Shown here one piece after another: positions 20,174-29,479 of a stretch of 64,000 bases of DNA. The notes beneath the pieces were generated by a model. The model saw nothing but the letters and a program-made list of their open reading frames with translations. It made no database searches and was not told where the DNA came from. Position 1 is the stretch's first letter, and each line of letters starts with the position of its first letter. A program made the translations under genes and the position numbers. The stretch comes from Nitrospinaceae bacterium (GTDB lineage Bacteria; Nitrospinota; Nitrospinia; Nitrospinales; Nitrospinaceae), in the NCBI GenBank assembly GCA_965223665.1, contig OZ245011.1, forward strand, positions 3,040,001 through 3,104,000, read 5' to 3'.

Positions 20174-20893
20174 TTAGGAATTAGAGTTGAGATTACCTTT
20201 GAAAAATTTTTTCAATATATCGTTTTCATGGTCTTTCATTAAGTGTTCAATCGGACCTCGCACCAATATCGAACCATTTATCATTATGATGGTTTGTGCA
20301 TTAAGTCTTCGAGCCTGTTCAATATTATGAGTGACTAAAATTGTGGTGATTTTTAGGTCATGGTGTATTCGTTGGATAAGTTTTTCAATGGTCAATGCGG
20401 CTGTAGGGTCCAATGCTGATGTAGGTTCATCAAGCATGATAATCTCTGGCTTGTTGGCTAATACCTGGGCAAGAGCCACTCGTTGTTGCTCTCCGATGGA
20501 TAAAGAATTTGCTTGCCGATTCAATATATCTATAGGAAGCCCCACTTGCTTAATTAAAGACTCACATTCAGTTTTTAAAAAAGATTCGTTTCGTAGAGAA
20601 GGTCCGGTGGAGATATTTTTCTCGACACTTCCCGGTAGTAAAGCAGGAACTTGAAATACCATTCCTATTTGTTTTCTCAAATTCAAAGGGTCTATGGAAT
20701 TGACATCTTGCCCATTCAACATAATTTGACCGGAACTAATAGTTTCAAGGCGGTTCAAGCACCTCAGTAAGGTAGACTTTCCGGATCCCGAAGGGCCCAG
20801 GACCAATAACATTTCAGCTGTTGGAACTTTAAATGAAACGTTATTAAGAATGGAACGTTCAAAATTTTTATAAATATTAGAAACTTCTAACAC
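20174..20893 (-). CDS. ABC transporter ATP-binding protein (FetA-like partner)
   Basis: Walker A GPSGSGKST, LSIGEQQR, MLDEPTSALD; likely start GTG near 20893 rather than 20977. Confidence 0.88.
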   Translation of the reverse strand: MLEVSNIYKNFERSILNNVSFKVPTAEMLLVLGPSGSGKSTLLRCLNRLETISSGQIMLNGQDVNSIDPLNLRKQIGMVFQVPALLPGSVEKNISTGPSLRNESFLKTECESLIKQVGLPIDILNRQANSLSIGEQQRVALAQVLANKPEIIMLDEPTSALDPTAALTIEKLIQRIHHDLKITTILVTHNIEQARRLNAQTIIMINGSILVRGPIEHLMKDHENDILKKFFKGNLNSNS

Positions 20894-21021
20894 CAAACGA
20901 CCTAAAAAAAAGATGAAAAAATAGTATTTTTTTTTTGGAAAAATTAGATACAATAGAATTATAGTACCCTTATTCAATTATTTTAAGGTCGGTGACTATG
21001 GCATTACCGCCTAGAAAAAAA

Positions 21022-21468
21022 ATGAAATCATTGCTGGGGTATCTACTTGTCCTTTTATGGATATTCCATTTTAGTTTTGGCAATTCTTTTCATTACCATC
21101 CCACTTATACCCATTCCCATGCGGGGGCTTTAGAACCTCATAATCATGGGGGCCACTTTCACTCACAAGAAATAGAGACAATTGCGGAATTTCTCCATCA
21201 AAGTAATCCTTTATGGCCTGGCGAAACCCACCAACACCCTGAACCCTCTCCTGGAACTGACAGAGACTCGGCACAACTAGATTTTAACAAAAGTATCCTA
21301 CTTCCAGACAAAAGTTTTGTTCCTATTAAAGTGGCCTGGTCGCAAACTCAATTATTTGCAATAAATCATAGCAAGCAAGATTTTAATATTGACGTATCTC
21401 AACATTTTCAAATATTAAAATTTCCCTCCTCAATATCAGAGCGTTCTCCACCTTTCCATAGCATCTAA
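21022..21468 (+). CDS. His-rich exported/membrane protein upstream of czcCBA (CzcI-like position)
   Basis: Hydrophobic N-terminus, HYHPTYTHSH/HNHGGHFH tracts, C-terminal ERSPP motif. Confidence 0.65.
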   Translation: MKSLLGYLLVLLWIFHFSFGNSFHYHPTYTHSHAGALEPHNHGGHFHSQEIETIAEFLHQSNPLWPGETHQHPEPSPGTDRDSAQLDFNKSILLPDKSFVPIKVAWSQTQLFAINHSKQDFNIDVSQHFQILKFPSSISERSPPFHSI

Positions 21469-21572
21469 TTTTATTTTTCTTTAGCTAAAATAATAATTGC
21501 AGCTCTATCACCTTGTCTGCCTATTTTAAGCAGTGAGGAGACTATGTGATTTTTTGAAGCATTAGGTTTGCT

Positions 21573-22898
21573 ATGAATTCTTACTTTTTAAAAACTATTG
21601 TTTCCTTCGTTATTTTACTAAGTCTGCACAATATAGCGTTGGGAAAATCAGATAAAAATAAAAACTCTATTAATGAGCTTACGGGAGAATTAACACTTCG
21701 GCAAGTAGTTACTCAGGTTCTGATGCGGAATCCAGAGTTAAAAGCCTACTCTCTCGAAATCCGCGCAAGGGAAGCTCGTATTCTGCAGGCAGGGTTACGG
21801 CCCAATCCACAAATTTTGTTGGATACACAGGATATTTTGGGTTCCGGAGGATTTAGTGGCGCTGATCAATCTCAATCGACTATTACACTTAGCCAAATTA
21901 TAGAGTTAGGTGGAAAACGCACTCGAAGAGAAAAAGAAGCCATTCGCAAACGGGACTTAGCTCAATGGGATTACGAAACCAACCGAATGGATGTTTTAAC
22001 ACGAGTTGCTAAGGATTTTATTGAAGCGGTAGCGGCTCAAGAAAAATTATTGCTCACTAAAGAATTGGTTAATCTATCAAAAAATTTATTAAGAGCCGTA
22101 AAGGAAAAAGTAACTGCTGGGAAGGTATCTCCAATCCAAAAAATAAAAGCAGAAGTTGCTCTTTCTTCCACTCGAATTCAATATCAACAAGCTTTCAACC
22201 AAGTGCAAAAAACCTATCGCAAATTGGCAACTTCGTGGGGAAGTACTCAACCCCAATTTAAAAAAGTAGTTGGAGATCTATTTAAGATTTCTTCGATTCC
22301 TAAATTCGAGACACTAAAAAAACAATTATTGCGTAACCCTCAATTAGCGCGATGGGCGGCAGAGGTAACTCAACGCCAGGCAAAATTGGATTTAGAACTT
22401 GCAAATGCTAAACCGAACTTGAGAGTGGGCGCGGGGGGCCGTTGGTTCCAGGAAACAAAGGATAATACTTTTATTTTTGAATTTTCATTTCCGTTACAGT
22501 TCTTTGATCGCAACCAAGGGGCGATTGCAGAAGCAAGACATCGATTAGCCAAAATAGAGCAAGAGAAAAAAGCCATCACACTTCAATTGCACCGCAATCT
22601 TTCTGAAAAATATTTACGTTTAATCAATGCACATCAAAGTGTCATTGCATTAAAGAAAAAAGTCCTTCCGGGAGCGCAAACGGCTTTTGAAGCCACACAA
22701 GAAGGATACCAATATGGAAAGTTCGGTTATTTGGAAATATTGGACAGTCAACGAACTTTATTTGATGCACGTGCGCAATACATCAACGCTCTATTGGAAT
22801 ATCATCAAGCTCTTGCAGATGTAGAGCGATTAATTGGCAAACCCTTAAGCCAAATTTTTTATTTAAAGGAATCAAATTCCGGAGGACCCAATAAATGA
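21573..22898 (+). CDS. czcC: TolC-family outer membrane protein, CzcC-like
   Basis: Signal peptide; QAGLRPNP, IELGGKR, PLQFFDRNQG, GYQYGKFGYLEILDSQRTL. Confidence 0.88.
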   Translation: MNSYFLKTIVSFVILLSLHNIALGKSDKNKNSINELTGELTLRQVVTQVLMRNPELKAYSLEIRAREARILQAGLRPNPQILLDTQDILGSGGFSGADQSQSTITLSQIIELGGKRTRREKEAIRKRDLAQWDYETNRMDVLTRVAKDFIEAVAAQEKLLLTKELVNLSKNLLRAVKEKVTAGKVSPIQKIKAEVALSSTRIQYQQAFNQVQKTYRKLATSWGSTQPQFKKVVGDLFKISSIPKFETLKKQLLRNPQLARWAAEVTQRQAKLDLELANAKPNLRVGAGGRWFQETKDNTFIFEFSFPLQFFDRNQGAIAEARHRLAKIEQEKKAITLQLHRNLSEKYLRLINAHQSVIALKKKVLPGAQTAFEATQEGYQYGKFGYLEILDSQRTLFDARAQYINALLEYHQALADVERLIGKPLSQIFYLKESNSGGPNK

Positions 22899-24667
22899 AT
22901 CCTCGGTCAAAGCGAAACATTTTTTGGATTTTGTTAGTTGGCTTTTTGTTTGGGATTTTCATTTTTAAAGGGGATTGGTTTTCTTTCAAAAAAAAGACCT
23001 CAACTTCAGTCCATCTTCCTACTCAAAGTACACTTTCAGAATATAAAAAAGGTTCCCATGGTGGAATTTTATTAACCAAAGAGGATTTACAATTGGAAGT
23101 TCTTCTTATTGAGGACAAAAACAACCCACCTCATTTCAGAGTTTATCCATTTAATTCTGAGGGAAATGCAATTAACCTATCGCAACTCCAATTGCAAATT
23201 CAATTAAACAGATTGGATCAAACGAATAAATTTTTGTTTAGACCTTCCGGAGAGTATTTTGAAAACAATGAAATTGTAGAAGAACCTCATTCTTTTGAAG
23301 TGGAGGTGACGGCAAAGTTTAACAATAAAGACTATTCATGGAACTATTCCCACTATGAAAGCCGCGCAGAAATTTCCAGTGAATCGGCGCGGAACGCAGG
23401 AATTGAATTATCTAAAGCAGGTCCAGCTAATTTGAAAAAAGTAATGCAACTTCCCGGGGAAATTGGTCTTCATGAAAAAAGAGTAGCGCATGTAGTGCCT
23501 CGGGTGGATGCAATGGTTTTAAAGGTAAATAAAGACTTAGGTGATAAGGTAAGAAAGGGAGACTTGCTGGCTATTTTAGAAAGCCGGGAACTGGCTGATG
23601 CCAGAAGCGCTTACCTTGCTGCTATCAAAAAAGCTGAACCCGTGAGAATGGACTTAGAGCGCCAGCAAATGCTTTATAAAAATACAAAAACGATGATTGA
23701 TTTATTAAATGAAGAGAAAGATCTGGATCAAATACATGATGAAATTGATAAGTTAATTTTAGGAGAATCCCGAGCCCAACTTATTCCGGCATATGCAAAA
23801 TTGTTAAGGTCCCAGGCGGTTTATGAAAGAGAAAAGTTACTTTATGAAAAAAAGATTTCTTCAAGATCCGAGTATCTTTTAGCCTTTGAAGAATTTAAAA
23901 GTTCAGATGCAAAGTATAAGGCCATGCGGGAAGAAGTAGAATATAAAAATCAGATATTGATGTTAGAAAAAAAACGAAATTTTGATATGGCAAATTTGCA
24001 AATTCAAACCACTCAGCAGAAACTTTTGGCATTGGGTCTTTCAAAAAAGGAAATTCAAAAATTGCCGGATTCCAAAGGACAAAAGTTTACTCAGTATGAA
24101 CTCAGATCTGCAATTGACGGCGAAGTTATCCAAAAACACATTACTGCAGGTGAAGCCGTTAAAAAGGATGATGATATTTTTGTTTTAGCCAATCTTTCAG
24201 AAGTCTGGGTGAATATTGCGGTTCCCGCAAAGGACTTGAATATTATTAAATTAGGTCAATCCATAAAGGTCAAATCAGATAATTTAGGTATTGAGGCTAC
24301 AGGAAAACTTACTTATTTAGGATCCATCATTGACGAAAAAACACGGACGGTAACTGGGCGAGTTGTGATTTCAAATACTGATCAACAATGGCGACCCGGG
24401 ATGTATGTCACGATTGAGTTATTAAAAGAATCGAGAGAAGTTTCCCTAGCAGTTCAAGCTAGCGCTATCCAATCTTATCAAGGATGGTCTGTGGTCTTTA
24501 TTAAAGTTGGCGATATTTATGAAGCCCGACCTCTGGAACTTGGTGAATCTGATGGTCAGTGGATTGAAGTTTTAAAAGGTTTGCAACCGGGCGCGGAGTA
24601 TGTGAGTAAAAATAGCTTTGTGATTAAAGCGGAAATTGGAAAGTCCGGGGCTTCACAGGATCATTAA
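22895..24667 (+). CDS. czcB: RND periplasmic adaptor, CzcB-like, with extended helical hairpin
   Basis: GSHGG N-domain, lipoyl halves (GDKVRKGDLLA; LRSAIDGEV), WRPGMYV; ATAAATGA junction overlapping the czcC stop. Confidence 0.88.
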   Translation: MNPRSKRNIFWILLVGFLFGIFIFKGDWFSFKKKTSTSVHLPTQSTLSEYKKGSHGGILLTKEDLQLEVLLIEDKNNPPHFRVYPFNSEGNAINLSQLQLQIQLNRLDQTNKFLFRPSGEYFENNEIVEEPHSFEVEVTAKFNNKDYSWNYSHYESRAEISSESARNAGIELSKAGPANLKKVMQLPGEIGLHEKRVAHVVPRVDAMVLKVNKDLGDKVRKGDLLAILESRELADARSAYLAAIKKAEPVRMDLERQQMLYKNTKTMIDLLNEEKDLDQIHDEIDKLILGESRAQLIPAYAKLLRSQAVYEREKLLYEKKISSRSEYLLAFEEFKSSDAKYKAMREEVEYKNQILMLEKKRNFDMANLQIQTTQQKLLALGLSKKEIQKLPDSKGQKFTQYELRSAIDGEVIQKHITAGEAVKKDDDIFVLANLSEVWVNIAVPAKDLNIIKLGQSIKVKSDNLGIEATGKLTYLGSIIDEKTRTVTGRVVISNTDQQWRPGMYVTIELLKESREVSLAVQASAIQSYQGWSVVFIKVGDIYEARPLELGESDGQWIEVLKGLQPGAEYVSKNSFVIKAEIGKSGASQDH

Positions 24668-24676
24668 ACTAATATT

Positions 24677-27600
24677 ATGTTAGAAAAACTTTTAAATTTT
24701 TCCATAAAGCAAAGAGTTTTTATTTTACTTGCCACTCTAGGGATTGCGGGTTTGGGAGTATTCAATTTTCAACAACTTCCTATTGATGCTTTGCCGGATA
24801 TTACTAACATTCAGGTACAGATAAATACGGAAGCGCCTGGTTACTCCCCTTTGGAAGTGGAACAGAGGATTACCTTTCTAATAGAGACGGTGCTTTCAGG
24901 AATGCCGTATTTAAATGAAATCCGATCCATTTCCCGTTATGGATTATCTCAAGTAACCGTGGTTTTTAAGGATGGGACAGACATTTATTTTGCCAGGCAA
25001 TTAATCAATTCGAGATTGCAGGAAGTTAAAAGCAAGTTGCCCTTGGGAATTGATCCGGTTATGGGACCAATTGCCACAGGTTTGGGAGAAATTTTTATGT
25101 GGGCGCTTCAATGGGAGCGTCAACCTCCAAGTGAAGACACCTTTAAAAGTTCCGTTGAATTGAGAACCGTTCAGGATTGGATAATTCGTCCTCAATTACG
25201 AACCATTCCCGGAGTAGCAGATATCAATAGTATTGGAGGATACGTGAAGGAATATCATGTTTCACCCGATCCTGAAAAGCTTGTAGCCTTTAATGTGACG
25301 TTTCGTGAAATATTAAATTCTCTTATTAAAAATAACGCAAATGTAGGGGCAGGATATATCGAACATCAGGGAGAACAATATCTCATTCGAACTCCGGGAC
25401 AGGTCCAATCCATTCACGATATTGAACAAATCATAATAGGATCTCATCGAGGGGTTCCCATATATATAAAAGACGTGGCTAAAGTTAATGTGGCCAAGGA
25501 GCTTCGAACGGGAGCAGCAACCCAGAATGGACAAGAGGTTGTACTGGGAACCGTTTTTATGTTGAAAGGTGAAAACAGCAGGGCAGTTTCTTTGCGGGTT
25601 GCAGAAAAAATGAAAGCAATCAATCGGACCTTACCCGATGGTTTAGAAGCTAAAACTGTGTATGATCGAACCAAATTGGTCAACGCTACTCTTCAAACCG
25701 TCCGCAATAACCTTTTGGAAGGCGCCCTATTGGTTATTGTTATTTTATTTTTATTGTTGGGGAATATCAGAGCCGCTTTAATCACCGCATTGGTCATACC
25801 ACTTTCCATGTTGTTTGCTATTTCGGGAATGGTGGCTCATAAAGTGAGTGGAAATCTTTTAAGTTTAGGAGCCATCGACTTTGGAATTATTGTAGACAGT
25901 ACCGTAATCATTGTAGAAAACTGCCTTCGGCGTATGGCCATTGCTCAAGCAGAACACAATCGATTACTTACGCGAGAGGAACGATTTTCTGTAGTTCGTG
26001 GAGCTGCAGCCGAAGTGGCCCGGCCCAGTATTTTCGGCATCATTATTATAATGATTGTGTATCTGCCTATAATGACTCTATCTGGAATTGAAGGAAAAAT
26101 GTTTCAGCCTATGGCATTTACAGTTTTAGCCGCATTGACAGGGGCGATGATACTTTCAATAACCTTTATTCCTGCTATGGTAGCTCAATTTGCCACCGGT
26201 CCAATCTCTGAAAAGAATAATCCTCTGATTAAATGGTCAAAAAATGTCTACAAGCCTGTTTTGGATTCAGCTTTGAGAAATCGTCCTGCAATTTTAACCT
26301 TTGCTGGAGTGCTGTTGGTATTGAGTATATTAATGGGAACTCAATTAGGTAAAGAATTTATTCCCACTCTTGATGAACAAGACTTAGCGATTCATGCGTT
26401 GAGAATTCCTGGGACAAGCCTAACCCAAGCCGTTCAAATGCAGGATGAAGTTGAAAGAAAGATTAAAGAGTTTGCCGAAGTCGACTATGTATTCGCCAAA
26501 ATTGGTACTGCAGAAATTGCTACCGACCCTATGCCCCCAAGCGTTGCTGATGTGTTTGTAATAATGCAACCGCGTTCAAACTGGCCTAATCCCAAACTAT
26601 CCAGAACCGGTTTAATAAAAAAAATAGAATCCTCCCTGAGAACATTACCGGGAAATAATTATGAATTTACACAACCCATTCAGATGCGCTTCAATGAGCT
26701 AATTGCCGGGGTGCGTAGCGATGTTGCAGTTAAAGTTCATGGGGATGATTTGGACGTATTGATCAGCCAAGCCGAAAAAATATCTCAACAACTTCGGATT
26801 ATTCCCGGAGCTTCTGATGTACGTGTTGAGCAGGTTTCCGGATTGCCCATTTTAACCATTCAGTTAAAAAGGGATGAAATGGCGCGCTTAGGATTAAATA
26901 TTTCAGATGTGCAAGATATCATAAGCATTGCTATTGGGGGTAAATCAGCAGGTCAAATATTTGAAGGAGACCGTAGATTTGATTTGATGGTACGTCTACC
27001 TGGCAATCAAAGAGAGGATATTGAATTTTTAAAACGGATTCCTCTACCTTATGCAGAAAACTTAAAAACCGGGGTGGGGACTAAAGATATTATAAAGCCC
27101 AGGTTTCAAACAGGGAAAAACCTCCCTACGTTCATAACTTTAGGAGCGGTAGCTGAGTTTAAAGTAATTAAAGGTCCCAATCAGATAAGCCGAGAAAATG
27201 GAAAACGGCGAGTGGTTGTTTCCTCAAATGTACGAGGACGCGATTTAGGTTCTTTCGTTGAAGAGGCGGAAACCCTTATTCAAAATAAAATTTCCTTACC
27301 CCCTGGTTATTGGATTTCCTGGGGGGGACAATTTGAACATTTGATATCTGCGGGTAAGCGTTTGTGGATTGTCGTTCCAGTGGCTTTATTATTAATTTTT
27401 CTATTATTGTTTGCAGCGTTTGGCTCCACGAAGCATGCTTTTCTTGTTTTTACAGGCGTACCCTTGGCTTTGACAGGAGGTGTATTTTCGTTGTGGATTC
27501 GAGATATTCCTCTTTCGATATCGGCTTCCATAGGGTTTATAGCTCTTTCCGGGGTGGCTGTTTTAAATGGAGTGGTCATGATCTCTTTTATTAATAAACT

Positions 27601-27853
27601 TAGAGAAGAAGGTTTTTCTTTGGATAAAGCCATTCATGAAGGATGTTTAACGCGATTGCGACCTATTCTTATGACGGCTCTTGTGGCTTCACTGGGATTT
27701 CTGCCAATGGCTATCGCAACGGGTACGGGGGCTGAAGTACAAAGGCCCTTAGCAACCGTTGTCATTGGAGGGATTCTTTCTTCTACCGCCTTAACACTTA
27801 TTGTACTTCCCGTTTTATATCGAATTTTCCACAGAGAAAGTCAAACGAATTAG
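24677..27853 (+). CDS. czcA: Heavy-metal RND efflux pump, CusA/CzcA family
   Basis: LPIDALPDITNIQVQINT, SLGAIDFGIIVD, GIEGKMFQPMA, RLRPILMTALVASLGFLPMA. Confidence 0.95.
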   Translation: MLEKLLNFSIKQRVFILLATLGIAGLGVFNFQQLPIDALPDITNIQVQINTEAPGYSPLEVEQRITFLIETVLSGMPYLNEIRSISRYGLSQVTVVFKDGTDIYFARQLINSRLQEVKSKLPLGIDPVMGPIATGLGEIFMWALQWERQPPSEDTFKSSVELRTVQDWIIRPQLRTIPGVADINSIGGYVKEYHVSPDPEKLVAFNVTFREILNSLIKNNANVGAGYIEHQGEQYLIRTPGQVQSIHDIEQIIIGSHRGVPIYIKDVAKVNVAKELRTGAATQNGQEVVLGTVFMLKGENSRAVSLRVAEKMKAINRTLPDGLEAKTVYDRTKLVNATLQTVRNNLLEGALLVIVILFLLLGNIRAALITALVIPLSMLFAISGMVAHKVSGNLLSLGAIDFGIIVDSTVIIVENCLRRMAIAQAEHNRLLTREERFSVVRGAAAEVARPSIFGIIIIMIVYLPIMTLSGIEGKMFQPMAFTVLAALTGAMILSITFIPAMVAQFATGPISEKNNPLIKWSKNVYKPVLDSALRNRPAILTFAGVLLVLSILMGTQLGKEFIPTLDEQDLAIHALRIPGTSLTQAVQMQDEVERKIKEFAEVDYVFAKIGTAEIATDPMPPSVADVFVIMQPRSNWPNPKLSRTGLIKKIESSLRTLPGNNYEFTQPIQMRFNELIAGVRSDVAVKVHGDDLDVLISQAEKISQQLRIIPGASDVRVEQVSGLPILTIQLKRDEMARLGLNISDVQDIISIAIGGKSAGQIFEGDRRFDLMVRLPGNQREDIEFLKRIPLPYAENLKTGVGTKDIIKPRFQTGKNLPTFITLGAVAEFKVIKGPNQISRENGKRRVVVSSNVRGRDLGSFVEEAETLIQNKISLPPGYWISWGGQFEHLISAGKRLWIVVPVALLLIFLLLFAAFGSTKHAFLVFTGVPLALTGGVFSLWIRDIPLSISASIGFIALSGVAVLNGVVMISFINKLREEGFSLDKAIHEGCLTRLRPILMTALVASLGFLPMAIATGTGAEVQRPLATVVIGGILSSTALTLIVLPVLYRIFHRESQTN

Positions 27854-27874
27854 TAGGGTGGGGTTGATCAGAAG

Positions 27875-28891
27875 TTATTTTTCAGCATATTCGAACATAC
27901 GATCTAAGCAACGTAGTGCCAGTTTTTGAATTTCAGGTTCGAGGTTGATGATATTTTCCGGTTTAGGATTTTCTAATGTTGCTAAAACTTCTTCTAATGA
28001 ATTTGCCTTCATGTATTTGCACATAGTACAAGTGCCGACGAATTTTTTTTCAGGAAATTCAGACTGCAATACTCCGGACAAACCACATTCCGTCAGTAAG
28101 AAGAAAGAACCGCAATCTGATTTTCTTACATGATTTAGCATTCCTGTAGTACTACCAACATAATCGGCTTTGTCTACAACTTCGGGCTTACATTCCGGAT
28201 GGACTAGTATCTTTACATCCGGGTTGTTACCTCGAACAAAATCAATAGAGTCTGGAGCATATTCTTCATGGACGTAGCAGGTGCCATCGTAAACAATGAT
28301 CTCTTTTTTCACACCCTTTTCTCTTAAATAATTGATCACATTAAGACCCATTAACTTATCCGGTAAAAAGTAAATTTTATCGTTTTCAAGGTTCTCAATG
28401 ATTTTATATACATTAGAAGATGTCACACAAACGTCGCAGTGGGCTTTTACAGCAGCAGTGGTATTTATGTAGCAAACAAATGTGTGATCTGGATATTCAA
28501 CTCGCAAACGCTTCACAATAGTGTCAGAAATACTATCAGCCAATGAGCAACCCCCATCAGGGTTTGGGTCCAGAACCAGTTTTTCAGGGTTTAATATTTT
28601 TGCAGTTTCTACCATGAAACGTACCGAAGCAAATAGAATGACATCGGCCTTAGATTGACGAGCCGCTTTTGCCAATCCATAAGAATCACCAGTATGGTCA
28701 GCTACCCCATAGAGAATTTCAGGAGCTACGTAATTGTGGGCAAGGATGATTGCGTTTTTTTCCTTCTTTAATTCTTCAATCTGCCGAATAGTCGGAAAAA
28801 TACGCTCGCAATGCTCTCTGGTGAATTCACACAAAGGACTACCCACTCGTATGGGTTTTAGTTTTTCATATAAAGAATCAACGGTAACCAT
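27875..28891 (-). CDS. nadA: Quinolinate synthase A
   Basis: ILAHNY, GDSYGLA, GGCSLAD, YINTTAAVKA, CYVH, HPEC, CKYMK; true start probably ATG 28891 just after the HIT gene. Confidence 0.93.
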   Translation of the reverse strand: MVTVDSLYEKLKPIRVGSPLCEFTREHCERIFPTIRQIEELKKEKNAIILAHNYVAPEILYGVADHTGDSYGLAKAARQSKADVILFASVRFMVETAKILNPEKLVLDPNPDGGCSLADSISDTIVKRLRVEYPDHTFVCYINTTAAVKAHCDVCVTSSNVYKIIENLENDKIYFLPDKLMGLNVINYLREKGVKKEIIVYDGTCYVHEEYAPDSIDFVRGNNPDVKILVHPECKPEVVDKADYVGSTTGMLNHVRKSDCGSFFLLTECGLSGVLQSEFPEKKFVGTCTMCKYMKANSLEEVLATLENPKPENIINLEPEIQKLALRCLDRMFEYAEK

Positions 28892-28895
28892 AATC

Positions 28896-29240
28896 CTAAC
28901 CTGGAGGCCATTGCATGGGACGTCCCCCAAGCAAATGAAAATGAATATGAAACACTGACTGGCCGGCACCTCTTCCACAATTGTTGACAATCCGAAATCC
29001 CGATTGGTCAATGCCTAAATCATGTGCGATTTTCTTTCCTGCCATGAAGATCGATCCGACTAAACCAGCATCCGCTTCTTCAATATCCATTAGAGACGAA
29101 AAATGTTTTTTGGTAATAAGCAAAATATGTGTGGGTGCTTGGGGATTAATATCTTTAATAGCAAACACCTCGTTATTTTCATAAACTTTTTCAGCAGGAA
29201 TTTCGCCTTGATCAATTTTACAAAACAAGCAATCAGCCAT
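28896..29240 (-). CDS. hinT: Histidine triad (HIT) nucleotide-binding protein
   Basis: DCLFCKI, DINPQAPTH, GQSVFHIHFHLLGGR..WPPG. Confidence 0.93.
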   Translation of the reverse strand: MADCLFCKIDQGEIPAEKVYENNEVFAIKDINPQAPTHILLITKKHFSSLMDIEEADAGLVGSIFMAGKKIAHDLGIDQSGFRIVNNCGRGAGQSVFHIHFHLLGGRPMQWPPG

Positions 29241-29395
29241 GATAGCCCTTTTCCGCAGGTTGAAGAATGAATATCAGTCCTAATATATAACGGAATGACA
29301 TTAGACTCAACTATGGGTAAAAGTGTTTATTTATTAAATAGTTGAGATGTTTGTTGCCTAATAAAAATTTTTTTCCAATAGAGTTTCTAAATTAA

Positions 29396-29425
29396 AAGGG
29401 CTAAAGCTTTCAAGCTTTAGCCCTT
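29396..29425 (-). terminator. Intrinsic terminator of the DNRLRE gene
   Basis: aagggctaaagctt-tc-aagctttagccctt inverted repeat followed by a U-tract on the minus strand. Confidence 0.8.
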
Positions 29426-29479
29426 ATTGGTCATTGCGTAATATACTAATTTAATTAAAAATGAAATTAAGGTTATTGC

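Noticed and set aside
21490-21550. Possible metal-sensing riboswitch before czcC
   Set aside because: Only short stems (ctgc/gcag, tcac/gtga); I could not match the NiCo riboswitch consensus.
28892-29011. N-terminal extension of NadA in the ORF track (similarly for RplY 59444-59491 and the ABC ATPase 20894-20977)
   Set aside because: Overlaps the upstream gene or promoter region; downstream starts fit the families better.
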